Shown piece after piece: positions 24,404-37,923 of a stretch of DNA of 64,000 nucleotides. Location: the NCBI GenBank assembly GCA_028023455.1, contig JAQFVV010000004.1, positions 124,001-188,000 of the forward strand. Direction: 5' to 3'. The position numbers and the translations under genes were made by a program. The notes below the pieces were generated by a model. It had not been told where the DNA came from. It searched no databases and worked only from the letters and a program-made list of their open reading frames with translations. How positions within the stretch are numbered: the stretch's first letter is position 1; each line of letters opens with the position of its first letter. The stretch comes from Epiperipatus broadwayi (Eukaryota > Animalia > Onychophora).

Positions 24404-27400
24404 GATTATTTATCTTTTTGACATAGATGTGATCAAGTGTATCAGTGGTATGAGATAAAGTGGTGAGTGGTGGGTCATGTGAAAAAGAAGTAAACTTTAT
24501 TTTTTAAAAGACAGTAGCACACTGATGTCTGCATACATGTGTGTGTGTAAATGTAACGTTTTTTATGCTTCACTCACTGAAATTGACTTAAAATTAATTT
24601 CATTTTAATTCATTTTGAGATTTTTTTATTCTTAAGATTTTTAAAATGTTTATAAATCCCATTTAAAATAAGATTTTACTTTCATTTTCGCCAGTAGTAT
24701 AGAGCTGATATTTCATAATAAACTTAATATTTTTAACATGTTTGTTCTACATAAAGTTAGGAATATCATTCTCATTCATTTAATCATTCATGGTCTTTAC
24801 ATAGACATTTTATAATCATTAAATATAGAAAGAGACTTTGATTATTTATTTGATTTTTGCAGGTTCCATAAAATATACTTCAATCACTTTCAAATGATCA
24901 TTTTTTTCTTCATGACTAATAAATATTTTAATTTATAAACATTTTAATCTTAATAAACATTTTAATCTTTTTAATTACTGTCTTGAGTTTTCGTCTGTTC
25001 TAATGAGTTATTTTTGATCATATTTTTTTTATTTTCATATTCTTTTTTTTTTGCAAGCCTATAACCAGTTTATTTTACAGATCATAAGGTATTTTCTTTT
25101 TTTAAATTTATTAAACTGATTCATTTTTTTCCTCACTAATAGAAAAGGTTGTAGACTATATGATTTAATGATCTTTCATAAATGTCTTTTGCTTTTTATT
25201 TTCATTTTTAAATTATTGATGAATTTTAAATTGTTTCTCTAGCTCTCTTTTATATTAAAAGTCTATTGAGGAAGAATTGCAAAAAGTTCCTTATATTATA
25301 TCTCTATTAACCTTTTTAACAAAGAAATACTTATATGCTCTTCTTCAAGAAAATATATATAGCCAAAAACTTAGGTTTTAAATTTCAGGCATTAGATCTA
25401 ATATATAATAGAAACTAGCACCCTATTGCTAAATAATATTCAGATCATTACAGATATTTATGCTATTTCAGTATTAAGAATAAATTTAATAAAGAATTTG
25501 TGAATATCAACAAGAAATATAACTTTTATAAAAGTAATTTTTTATTATGTTATGCAAGTTTTTTTAATGCTTTTCATTCAAATAGTCAAATCAGTTTTCT
25601 GTCAAGAGGATATCATTTGCTTGATGTTTGCTGAAAATGTAAAAAAATTATATTGGAAATGGACATTGGATACTAGTATTATAACCAAATCAGATTAGTT
25701 TTTAATCATTAATCATATTCACTGAGAAGCATAATCTCACTCATGCATCTAATAGCTATCTTTAATTCTTTTATAAAATTAGCAAGGATGATATATAACA
25801 AATAATACATCACAAGATTTTCTCTGCTTACTGTTAATATATTATACATATGTCTTCTAATATAATTATCACCTTCCTATAAAAAGAATCAGACCATTCT
25901 TGAATATTATAGATTAAAAATGTCAAAACTTATAACCACGTAGATTATCCATGCAACTTCATTTTAAGGTAATTTTCAATTATATCACTGTTTTATTTCA
26001 GACAGTTATTATCATGGCTGAGTTGATCAATTTTGATACCTGAAGCAAGCTTTAAAAAGCGTGTCTTTTAAAATTATTTATAAGGGTTTCATGGTGCATA
26101 GATAGCACATTTATCCACCATGCTTATGATCTGGCCAAATGAAATTCTTTTCAAGAGTCTGGATCATAACTGATCATCCAACATTGATCTAATGAGTGTC
26201 TAGGTATGCTTAACTAGAGAATAAAATAAGAATGAAAAACTGCTCTTTCTTTCACTGTTTTATGAAAGTCTGAAAAAGTCTTTGTTCTGCAGCTGTGTTT
26301 TCTATTTTTTTAAAATAGTCTTCTGAAGAAAGCAATAGATAATAATAGGGGGAAAATATTTTTTATTAAAAAGCCACAGGCACACATAAATAAAACATTA
26401 TAAAACCAAAAAAATAAAATAAGTGAAAATATAATAAAAAACTTAGAGTAAAAAATCATGATATATTAAATCATTCTTTGGGTTTTCATTATAAAAAATA
26501 ACTTAATAATTTTTTTTATAATTTGTTGTTTTAGATATTGTATTTTTCTGTCAATATTATTGCTAGATCAATTAATTGATTTTGGAACACTATTATTCAT
26601 AAGTAATTTTTTTAATTATCAGTTTAGAAAAACTGACTTTGGCTAGTTTTACACTCATAATTAATATTAATAGAATTCTTTATGCTTAAGAACAATCTTC
26701 AAATGAGACATGACAATGTATATAAAAAAGAAGGAATATATTTAAAAATAATCTTTTAAGATGACTTGAGTATCTATCTATAATTCTGTAAAATAATAAT
26801 AATAAAAAAAATGATATAAAAAAAAATATAACTGTGAATTGACAAGAAAAGCTTTAGAAGAAAATAAAAATCACAAAGTATAAACAACATGGTTCTATTT
26901 TTGATTTATAACTAGTTAGACAACATGATTTCAATTGCAGTGCCAGTTTTTAATTGATTGTTTACTTGGTTGTCATAACTGAAAATTATCCAGAAAATTC
27001 CATTAAAACTTTCACTGGTTACATTTATAAGTTTATAAAACTATTCTAATTATTATATATATATATATAAATTTTTATGTAAGAAATAATTATCCATTTC
27101 TAGCAAAAATAAAATGGTCTAAGATTGGCATATGTGATTTCATTGAATATTGCAAAATCAGGGCTCTTATATATATATTGTACTCTTTTGTTTAGGTCTG
27201 AATAAATTGTTTTATCAATTTTACTAAAAAAATTTAAATTTAAGATGTATTTTAGTGGTATGATGTCGATGTTATGCTGACAATCTCTTAAAAAATCTAA
27301 TTAAAGTAAAATAAGAATATTTAATGTATAAAATTATGCTAATATTTGAAAAATGGTCAAATAAGGCTAAATTGTAATATTGTATGGTTGGGAAAACTGG

Positions 27401-28441
27401 CCATGATAAATACTGCATTAATAAGTCTTGTAAATAAGTGTTTAAAGCTGAATTTTAAAAGTAATAACTTGAAGTTAAATAAATAGTATATTTTAATAAT
27501 AAAAATTATATTTAATAATTGAATTTAAAATCATTTATTTAAAGGTAGTATTGTGGTAGATAAATGGATATTCAATTTTGTAATATTAAAATAATTTTAA
27601 AATTTAATATATTATTTTTATATAATATTTTTTGCAATTAAATTATTTGTTTTATTTTCAAATAAATTTGAAGCGTTCTGTCTGGGTTGTAAGTCATGTG
27701 ACATGTAGATATCCATACACATGTGCTTACAAGTTTTTTAGTAAACTTTAAAATTCTATTATAGGATTGAAATATTATATTTGACTACCACGAGATAAAA
27801 TAAAATTAGTTATTATAAAGTACTAAATTAGGGGTTTTGTTTTAAAAATGAATATAGTAAATAAAAATTAGGTTTTTGTTTTGCTTGGGAAAATAGATAC
27901 ATTAAAAACTAAAAGTCAGATAAAGTAATAAGATATTATTTTAAGGTGTTTAGTTGATTTAAATAAAATATAAGAATTAATTTGGAATTAAATAATGTAA
28001 TAATTAAAAATATTAGATGAGTCATTATTTATTTTTAATTTTGATTCTGCACTTTTGGCTAGATATGTAAATTAGGCTATCAGGTGAATATCCAAGCGAC
28101 CAATCTAGTGGTTAAATTATTTGGGTATAAAAGCCGATGCTCAATTATTTTCGGTGTGCTTTCTGTTAGTTAAGGGTGTCTTCTAAAACAACCAAGTGTA
28201 GTGTTATCAAGTCAATTTAGTGCTATAACAGCTCTCTTAATAATTTATCATTTCAAAAAGAGAGTATTTAAATAAACTATAAGATTATTCAGTATAAATA
28301 TGCAGTGTTAAATAACTAGAATTCCTTACCGACCGTTTTTGTCAGCTTAATTTAACATCGGAATAATTATGGGAATACCAAGTTTAAATACCTATTTATA
28401 TAAAAAATGTTGGAAATATCACTTTTCAATTAAAAATACAA

Positions 28442-28523
28442 TTGTAGCAATGTTAACTAAAGTGAATAATTTGTTGGTAAAGTTGTAGCAATGTTAACTA
28501 AAGTGAATAATTTGTTGGTAAAG
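28442..28523. repeat. 41-bp tandem duplication present only in the 5' LTR
   Basis: ttgtagcaatgttaactaaagtgaataatttgttggtaaag twice; single in the 3' LTR. Confidence 0.85.
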
Positions 28524-28844
28524 TTAACATGTTGGACATCAGATATAGAATTAAAAGGAAAGTTTCGCAAGAAATTTAAAAGTATAAAATACCTTTTATT
28601 TGGAAAGATAATTTTTGTACAAGACTGGAAAAATTATACGGAAAAAAAAAATTAAAAAAAAAAACTTTCGATATTTTTTTAAAAATAGATATTTTTAAAA
28701 ATGCAGAAATATTTCTTTCTGAAGAAAATATTTATAATAATTTATTTCAAACTGTCTTTAAGTAAAAGATGGAAAATAAAGATAGTTGTTAGAATATCTG
28801 ACGTATTAAGTCTTTACTGTTTTAAAATACTATATACATTTTAA

Positions 28845-30111
28845 TTACATTCATATCGGCCTTTCAAGCCAAATTGTGCAAACGCTTTTGCGAGTGTTAA
28901 ATAATAAATGAATACCCTCTGACCAAACAAGATATAGAATTTATGCAGGAATAAAAGGAATCCTCTTATTCCTACGACTCAAATATTTATATATGAGCAA
29001 ATCTGAAGTACTGGCACAGAAGGTGTGACTATAGAACAGTCACTTTAAATTACTATATATAACGTATGAATGAATGACGCCGATGAAATTTACTAGAATT
29101 TACTGAACGTCATTCCAACTGAAACTTAATCATATATATAAATCAGCATTTATTTTTATAGCATCTGTATACAATTGTAATTACATTCATATTGGCCTTT
29201 CAAGCCAAATTGTGCAAACGCTTTTGCGAGTGTTAAATAATAAATGAATACCCTCTGATCAAACAAGATATAGAATTTATGCAGGAATAAAAGGAATCCT
29301 CTTATTCCTACGACTCAAATATTTATATATGAGCAAATCTGAAGTACTGGCACAGAAGGTGTGACTATAGAACAGTCACTTTAAATTACTATATATAACG
29401 TATGAATGAATGATGCCGATGAAATTTACTAGAATTTACTGAACGTCATTCCAACTGAAACTTAATCATATATATAAATCAGCATTTATTTTTATCAGCG
29501 TCATTCATTCATACATTATATATAGTAATTTAAAGTGACTGTTCTATAGTCACACCTTCTGGGCCAGTACTTCAGATTTGCTCATATATAAATATTTGAG
29601 TCGTAGGAATAAGAGGATTCCTTTTATTCCTGCATAAATTCTATATCTTGTTTGGTCAGAGGGTATTCATTTATTATTTAACACTCGCAAAAGCGTTTGC
29701 ACAATTTGGCTTGAAAGGCCGATATGAATGTAATTACAATTGTATACAGACGCTATAAAAATAAATGCTGATTTATATATATGATTAAGTTTCAGTTGGA
29801 ATGACGTTCAGTAAATTCTAGTAAATTTCATCGGCGTCATTCATTCATACGTTATATATAGTAATTTAAAGTGACTGTTCTATAGTCACACCTTCTGTGC
29901 CAGTACTTCAGATTTGCTCATATATAAATATTTGAGTCGTAGGAATAAGAAGATTCCTTTTATTCCTGCATAAATTCTATATCTTGTTTGGTCAGAGGGT
30001 ATTCATTTATTATTTAACACTCGCAAAAGCGTTTGCACAATTTGGCTTGAAAGGCTGATATGAATGTAATTATAATTGTATACAGACGCTATAAAAATAA
30101 ATGCTGATTTA
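28845..30111. mobile_element. Fold-back insertion of a 336-nt monomer (about 2 direct + 2 inverted units)
   Basis: TSD tatatacattttaa at 28831-28844 and 30112-30125; absent from the 3' LTR. ctttcaagcc at 28861 and 29197; orientation flips at ~29495. Confidence 0.9.
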
Positions 30112-30273
30112 TATATACATTTTAATAACTTTTTTGAAAACCGATAATTTTGAAAATATTAATGGAAAATAAATACCTTTAGACAAATAAGAAAATGTTC
30201 TGATATTAAATTCTGTATGCTGGTTATACAGAAGGATTTAAAATTGATTTATTGAAATATTTTTTTAAAATAT

Positions 30274-32734
30274 TGAAACAGTAAGATTCTTATTCGAATC
30301 TTAAGTTTCACCTTTTTCTGTCATCTCTCACTGACCAGTCTATCCTGCCCAAATTTAAACTTTTTGGTATCGAGTTGTGTGTGTAGCAATATTAAAAATG
30401 TATAAATATATGTAGAATTCAGCATAAACACACACACATTTCGATCTCAAATTAAACGCAATAAATAGGGATAAAATAGTATAATTTAGATTTCTTTTAG
30501 TTATATAATTTTGTATAATTTTAATCATTTATTTTGCATTATAAAGTTCGTATTTATTGCTGTGTTTAAATTTCGTTTAATAATAATTCTAAAAAAATCT
30601 GATGTAATATTTAATTAAAAGTTAAAATAATCTTATGTTCCCTTTTTATCTTTGAAATTGAAAAGCATCGGTCAGTGATAGATAATAGATTAATTAAAGA
30701 AAAATTCCCCAAAGTATAATTAGTAAATGTAAAATGTAAACAATAGAACGGCAGCTTTCTTTAATTAAAAACCAACAAAATGCGTTGATTATCCTCAGGG
30801 CAGATTAAGTAGAACCTAAAAATATCTTAACAAAAATGTGAAAGATCAAGATAAAAAAAAGAGGCCATCTTAGACTTGCTGGAGACATTCACTTAAACTT
30901 TAGCTTTGCTCTCGATCACTGAGAGTCTCCAAAAATAATAAAATAATTTGTTCCTGCCAAGGTATGACCGAGTAAAGCACCTAGATTATTCTCCATCGGG
31001 AGATGGACTATTGGATGCCGAACTTTCCATTGCCTGTCATAAATTCACCATGAAGATCTGCTGCCTGAAATGAATGAGAAAGCTGCTGCTGCCGTGAAAT
31101 TAAATGAAATATCTAAATACAAGAAAGAATTGCCACTCGTGAACTTTTTGCTGCTAAACTAATGGAATCAGAAAACTTCTTATAAAACAGGTACCTGTCT
31201 GTGTTCAAACTCTAGAGTACTCTAATAATATGCTATAGCTCTTCTTCATAATACTTATCTCAATTATAAAATGTAAAAACTATCATTTGTATAACTAAAG
31301 TTGAATAATTAATTTAATATGTAAATTTCTCTAATAATCTAGCTTATCTTTCTTGGGTACGTATTTCTCAAATCTACATTCTATCTATAGTTATTATTTA
31401 ATTATTGCATGCTCATAATTGTCTCAATTTTCAAAGTTTAAATCTATGATCGCTTGGAACAATGAATGCATGTCAAATTTTCATTAATATTTGCTTTCAT
31501 AACTAACTTAACTTTCATATAAATCGACACGCATTCAATGCATCATTTATTGTAATGCAGGGGTCTACTACTTCGCAAATGGCTGATGTATTAGTTATAA
31601 TAATTCCCAATTTATATATGTTTTGTATTTAATAAATCTTCATGAATAATTCCAGAAAATTACATTTCTTTGAGAGTCGCCAACGTTCTTTAGTAAATGT
31701 TGATAATGTAGGGCCGAGTCAGAAATCTACTTAAATCTCATCATAATCGTTTATACAGTATACATGTGTTACGTTTTAGAGACGCGATGACCCATTCTGC
31801 CATGAAATTTCCGGATTCTTCAGGGTTGAAATTAACCCCAGTCGTCCTACACAAGCGGGCATAATGGGTGCTCCCGTAGGATTTGACAATGTCATGCAGC
31901 CAGCCGGCAAAACTGCGACACGGACCGCTTGTCCCTGGTTATGCTTATGTGACACCTTACTTCGTCGGGCCGAGGCAGAGACCAGCCCGATACTCTTATA
32001 AACCCATTCGCGGCATTGCAGTTTCAATATACTGCCACTCCATATCGCCTTTCTAAAGCGTACCACATGTTCCTTTACTTAGTTTTATTATTCTATATAT
32101 CACTCCGCCTCTGCATTATCTTCATAATTCACTCTCAAATAAATGTTTGCCCTTAGTCATAAGATAAATATTTTAATTAAATAAATATATGTCCGCCGCC
32201 TTCAAATAAATGTATTCCTTTTGTAAACATTACAGTATCGGAAATACCGCTACTGAAATCCTCAATATAAAATAATGTCTAAATAAATAAATGTATTCTT
32301 TAAAATATAATCATGTCGCAAATCCCGCTACTGGAGCTGTTAGTCCATAAAATATTATTAGATTGTTTTATTAAAATGTATTAATAAATAATTTTAAACT
32401 ATACGTCTGCAGTTACATTTCATTTATTCGATACCCATTCTATATAATATTTCCTCGATTATGTAAATATGAATGTTTAATTAATATTAGTTTGGTTATT
32501 GGCTAACTCGAGAATAAAATAATGAGTCTCTTGCATATCCCTGACCAACGTGCCTAAGGAAATATTTACTAATGTCGCATCAGATGCGTTGTTTCGTGGA
32601 TTGTATTGTGGAACCGATAAACTATGTTCGAACTCAGTACCACGGGTGGCTTCGCTACTCGATGGTGCTGCTGTTCTGTATGGTGATCGAATTCTGCACT
32701 ATGTTTACGAGTCACATGTTTTCTGACCGTTACA
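30274..32734. mobile_element. Nested solo-LTR-like insertion (2461 bp)
   Basis: Starts TGAAAC, ends GTTACA, perfect ATAT TSD (30270-30273 / 32735-32738). Absent from the 3' LTR (aaaatatgcaat). No coding domains seen. Confidence 0.75.
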
Positions 32735-34947
32735 ATATGCAATACATATATACGAACGCCTGAATTTGTATCTCCGCATCAAAGACACCATGATCTGTCA
32801 GAGGATAATTATTTTTTATATTATAATTGAAATTTTCTTCAATAATCACTGGTTGAATAATAGAGACAATAGGCTATCATTTCATATAAACTGTCAAGAA
32901 CATGTCAGTGATTACTTTTACTAATAAATCTGGATTGTTTAAAGCCGACTTGTTTTTTTTTATGTTGGAACTATCTGAGCATGCGCTGTGTAGTGGAGAA
33001 AGTAAATGCTGGGGAAATTCAATACCCAGGAGAAAGAAAGAACTTTTTTATTTTTATTTTGAACATTTAGCACTGGAGTTTTATGTAGATATAATTTTTT
33101 TGATTTATTTAATTAACATTAGTATTAAATTTTTGTTTATTTATTAAGGATAGGAAAGGTACATAAAATTAATTATTTACTAATATAATGCTTTAATTTC
33201 ATAAAGGATTTTTAATAATTTAAAACTTAATATTTTGAGTATAATAATATTGAATAAATGTTACATTATTTTTTATTAATTTGTGGACCACGAAGACGTC
33301 AATTAAGTGATCAATGAATAGAAATATCACTTATGGTAATAGTTGTAGAATATTAATAATTTATGATGTATTTTTTTTAGATAGTCAAAATATTATGTAA
33401 TTTTGTATGAATGTATACATTGTACACACATAAAACTTATAGGAATTTGTTTATTTTCAAAATATGCATACTTTTATTTTATATTACAAATCTATTATGA
33501 CTTAATGAGGAATATAATTATATGATTCTTTCAGAACTGAACTTTAGTATATTTAAAAAATGGTTAAAGTATTGATTTATTTTATTGAAACCAGTCATTG
33601 TGTATTTTGTTCACGAATTATTAAGGAGATGAAGTAATCTTTTATTATTGAACAGTTTAGATCATTATCTTTATATGCAAATTTATTTATTGATTTAGAA
33701 ATATATTGTAAGAATTTTTTGATGATGTATAGGTCTATAGAGAAATTTTAAAAGGTAGTGACTTGAAAGTAAATTAAAATGAAACCAAAATGATGCTTAA
33801 ATGTAGAATTTATTATTAGGGGAATCGGAATAATATATGATCTTAGTAATTATGTGAATACGATCAATTCAAGTGAGGTTAAGAATATAAGTTGAATAAG
33901 TAAAGTTTGTTTGGCAAAATTGTGGAACAACTTTAAGTATTTTTAAAAAACCTACATGTATTGCATATTTTAATAAATAATATATTGTAACAGAACAGCA
34001 TAGGAATAAGACAAATAATTATATATTGAATAAATACGATTCAATGTTCAGGAGATATATCAACACATACATCTATTTTATATTAGATTAGTATTCATTA
34101 GGAGGTATAATGTATGACAACGATGTTATAATGAATCTACTCATAGTATTATTAACTGGAATAAATATATTTTATTTAATAGCAAATAATATTTAAAATG
34201 TTATGTAGGTCCATGGATACTATTAATTGTTATTTAAAAATTTTGATAAATGTCTAAAATAGTTAAATAATCTGGAGAATGAAAATTGTAATGATACAAG
34301 ATTTTATTTTTATTTTTGGAATGTAAATATTGTAAATAAGTTATTTGTTATAGTTACTGTAATAAAATTTGTTAAAATTGTTTTTATAAAATTATGTGTC
34401 AAATCAATTATTTTACACCATAACATATGACAACAGATAATTTGAACTAAAACATAATGTTTGCACAATATAAATAAGATTATTATTATTTAAGAATTAA
34501 GAGTATTCTCTTAATATGATTATTAAGAAATTTTATTGATATTATCATATTATTATTACTATGGTCATAAGTTAATTACAATATATTATGCAGGATTATA
34601 ATATTATCCATTGCCACATATTCTCAAATTATAAGATTCTACCACATGTTTATTTAAGATGTTATATGAAGATTAAAGGTTACGTTATATTATTGACTTC
34701 TTATTGTCATCAATGATTATTACTATAATAAAGAAAATAGATAAGATTAAATTATACATTGAAGATTATTAGTATTATTTATTTATTATTATTTTTATTA
34801 TTATAAATTAGGTGTAGTTAGGAATGATATTAAATCCCTTATCATACTTAACTACAGGAATTTTAATTGCTTAGAATTAGTTTAAAAGAACCTGAGATTA
34901 TTTTAGTTTGATTATTTTGAAATAAGAGATTAAGATTTATTTATTAG

Positions 34948-37644
34948 TATAACGGACGGAATGATTCACTTGGATATATAGATCAGATTCAACAATCAAC
35001 TGGTTTGATCACAATGTATGACTAACTTACACAAAGTCTATATGTGATGGTACACCTATCTATTGAGCCCCAAAGTTGATGACGCCAGATATAACTGATG
35101 GAATGATTACCACTAGCCCCAAACATTGCTGGCATTAGATATAATGTATGGAATTCTTCATCAACAATCATAAGCTAACCAAGCCCAATGATGGTGTGCC
35201 AGATGTAATGGATGGTCAACTAGCTTGCCAACTGTAATACTATCTGGTGTGGTATAAGTTAATATGCCCTAATTTATTGCCCCTAATGAAACAATCTGCA
35301 GAGTCCTACCAGGCTTAAAAGGGGAAAAAGTTGCATCCAACTATGTTCAGACTGTGGGTCTTCTGATAGAATGCTAATGAGAACCTGATGAAATGCTTAA
35401 CCAATGATTGCATACTCTTTAATTGACTAACTCTATCCCTATTTAATAATATTAAATGCAATTTAGGTTAGTTCATTCACTTTTCCTCCTTTTTAATTCC
35501 GTTATGCCCTAATATTCAAACCCAGAGAATATTACTTTTGACTCCTTTAAAAGGTATGAACAGATACACACAGCAACTCCTGCACCTATATATATGTTAC
35601 AACTAGCATCTATTATATTTGTTTTATTTTCAAGCATTTATATGATAAGAAAAATAGATGTGTGCGCATGCATAATTGTTTATAGACTGTGGAATGTCAG
35701 GACAATTCAATAAACCAGAGACCGGAATAATACAAACTCTTAAACATTTATTAACAATAATAAATATCATAAAGTATAACAACAATAGTAATGATAAAAA
35801 AATAATAAAAAAAATCATCATATGTACATGTGTCACATGTGAACCTCTACCATTTTACTAATTAATGATTCTCCAGATCCAACCCTTATACCCCATGGTA
35901 GAAATTCACCTATGTCACTCATTCTTTACAAATCATAATTATATAGAAAAATAAACTTTAGTAATTTAAGATAATTGAGATGCTGGCTAGCTAAATTATA
36001 TATTTACAAATGTTAACAATCTATTTAACAAGTTCCCCCAATTTATATATGTGATAGAGATAGATACTAGTTGATTAGTCAAACATACTGGAAAATATAT
36101 ATACAAGGTTCATCAACAAAATAAAACATATAATATGTATTCTGTATAAGTGTTGCAATTTAATCTATGAAAATAAATTGTAGATAATCTCACCTTAATA
36201 TTTATGTGGATAACCTGATGTGAAGCAGGTGGGTTAATGTAAATTTTATTTACAATGAAAATAGAAAAATAACAAAGTGAATAATCCCCCCTTTCTTTGC
36301 TAATTCTAAAAAAAAAAAAATGAGGCTTCAGCATCAGAGTGTGAAAATACAACAGATAACATGAATTAAAAAAAAAAATAAAACAAAAATTTACAATGTT
36401 AATTTCTTGATTAAAAATTGTAATTGGAACAAAGTTCATAGAAATCATCTTAAAGGAAGTAATAATAGTTGATAGTTAGGCAAGTTGTTATTCAAAGCAG
36501 TTTCATTTAGTAAATCATTTTCCTTAGCAAGGATAGATAGGTACAATTGTGTCTCCTGTAGTTGTGTTTAATGGTAAACACCTTGATCCTCATTTGATTC
36601 ACCATTAAGTATTCCAATACTTGTTTACTTTGGACTGTAGGCATCTTCTTGTGTGTTTACAATAAAGTAGAAAAATAAATATATAGAGGTTTAATGCAGC
36701 TGGTAGGAAATACCATGATGCACAATAGCATGTTTTGCTCTAGCCCATATTCATATTAAAGTACAATTCAATAATTATTTGTAATCATAAATTTATATTG
36801 GATATTATAGAATCACTTTACATATATATATATATATATTAAGAAAATTATTTCATTTTTCTTTCTTTTCCAATTTTCAGCAGATTAATTTTCATTAATC
36901 TTTTTGAAAAAATTTAAAATAGTAAAAAGTTATTTCAACAACTTTTAAAACATGCTTTAATTGTTACAAAATATATCAGTTATTCTTACTTCTTATTTCA
37001 CTTTCCTCTGAATTTGGTAAACTTTTAGTTATAGCATTTGACTTAAAAATGTTTATAATTTAAGTAAAAGAAAAAGCAAAACTCCATTTTAGCATTCTAA
37101 ATTTTAGTTTAAACTCCTTTCTATTGTTATAACTGCTATCTCTTTTGACAAGAAGCACGATTTTGTAAAAAAGTTTCTATTTTTATATAAAACGCTGATA
37201 ATCTCCTGAAACGCTGATATTTTAAACTGCCTATTGTTTAAATTCATTTAGATTTTTATATGTATTGTTTAAATACATTTCATTTATTACAAATAAAAAA
37301 AAATAAAATAATAAAATCAGTTTTATTTTCACACATGCCACCCAACTTAACCTCAGGCCATCCCTAAATCATTTAACTATAAATTAATATTCAATTCTAA
37401 ATTAAAAAATATATATATACATTACAGTTTATTTAATCAAATAGTTTATATATATACAATATTACTTTGTAAAATATTGATCGTATTAAATTTATTATAA
37501 CATAATAATTTATTGTGTATTATATGTATATATGTAATAATAACAAATAATCTTCCCATTATTAATATAAATTCCCAATGGATTAGGTTCAATAAACAGG
37601 CTTGACCTTTTTAGGAATGTGTGCATTGTAAGCTACCCTTTACA
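34948..37644. mobile_element. Second nested solo-LTR-like insertion (2697 bp)
   Basis: Starts TATAACGG (TG->TA), ends CCTTTACA. Near-TSD ttag/ttac; the empty site ttagtattatc is in the 3' LTR. Internal ~60-70 nt subrepeats (agccccaaa...ccagatataa) at ~35055-35210. Confidence 0.65.
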
Positions 37645-37923
37645 TTACTATTATCTTAATCAATTATTATTAAAGACGTAGGAATGCTTTGAATTTATTA
37701 TTTGAAGTAATAAAAGAGGGAATAGTATTCCTATGCCATTGAGGTAGTATCCTGTGGGATATTGGCTCAATGTAGTTCATATTGCCACTTGTAAGCTCAC
37801 TTCAGAGTTTCATGATTTGTAAATATTTTATTTATTTAGTTTATAACGTTGAACCATATTATTATCTTATTAATTAGAACTAGTTTAACAAGATACAGTA
37901 CTGTAGAATATATTATTAATTAG

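Larger units (their letters stand above)
23400..24481. mobile_element. Hammerhead-containing ~423-nt monomer repeat (retrozyme-like): one inverted unit followed by ~1.5 direct units
   Basis: TSD aaaaagaagtaa at 23388-23399 and 24482-24493. Period of 423 (taaagtgtgaag at 23863 and 24286). 23400-23862 is the reverse complement of one permuted unit plus a ~44-nt insert. Confidence 0.85.

Noticed and set aside
29078-29116. CCGAUGA between gaatgacg/cgtcattc as a hammerhead
   Set aside because: No stem II, GAAA or UH in the required order.
31776-32066. 96-aa minus ORF in a GC-rich island
   Set aside because: No motifs; lies within a solo-LTR-like insert, and higher GC makes chance ORFs likely.
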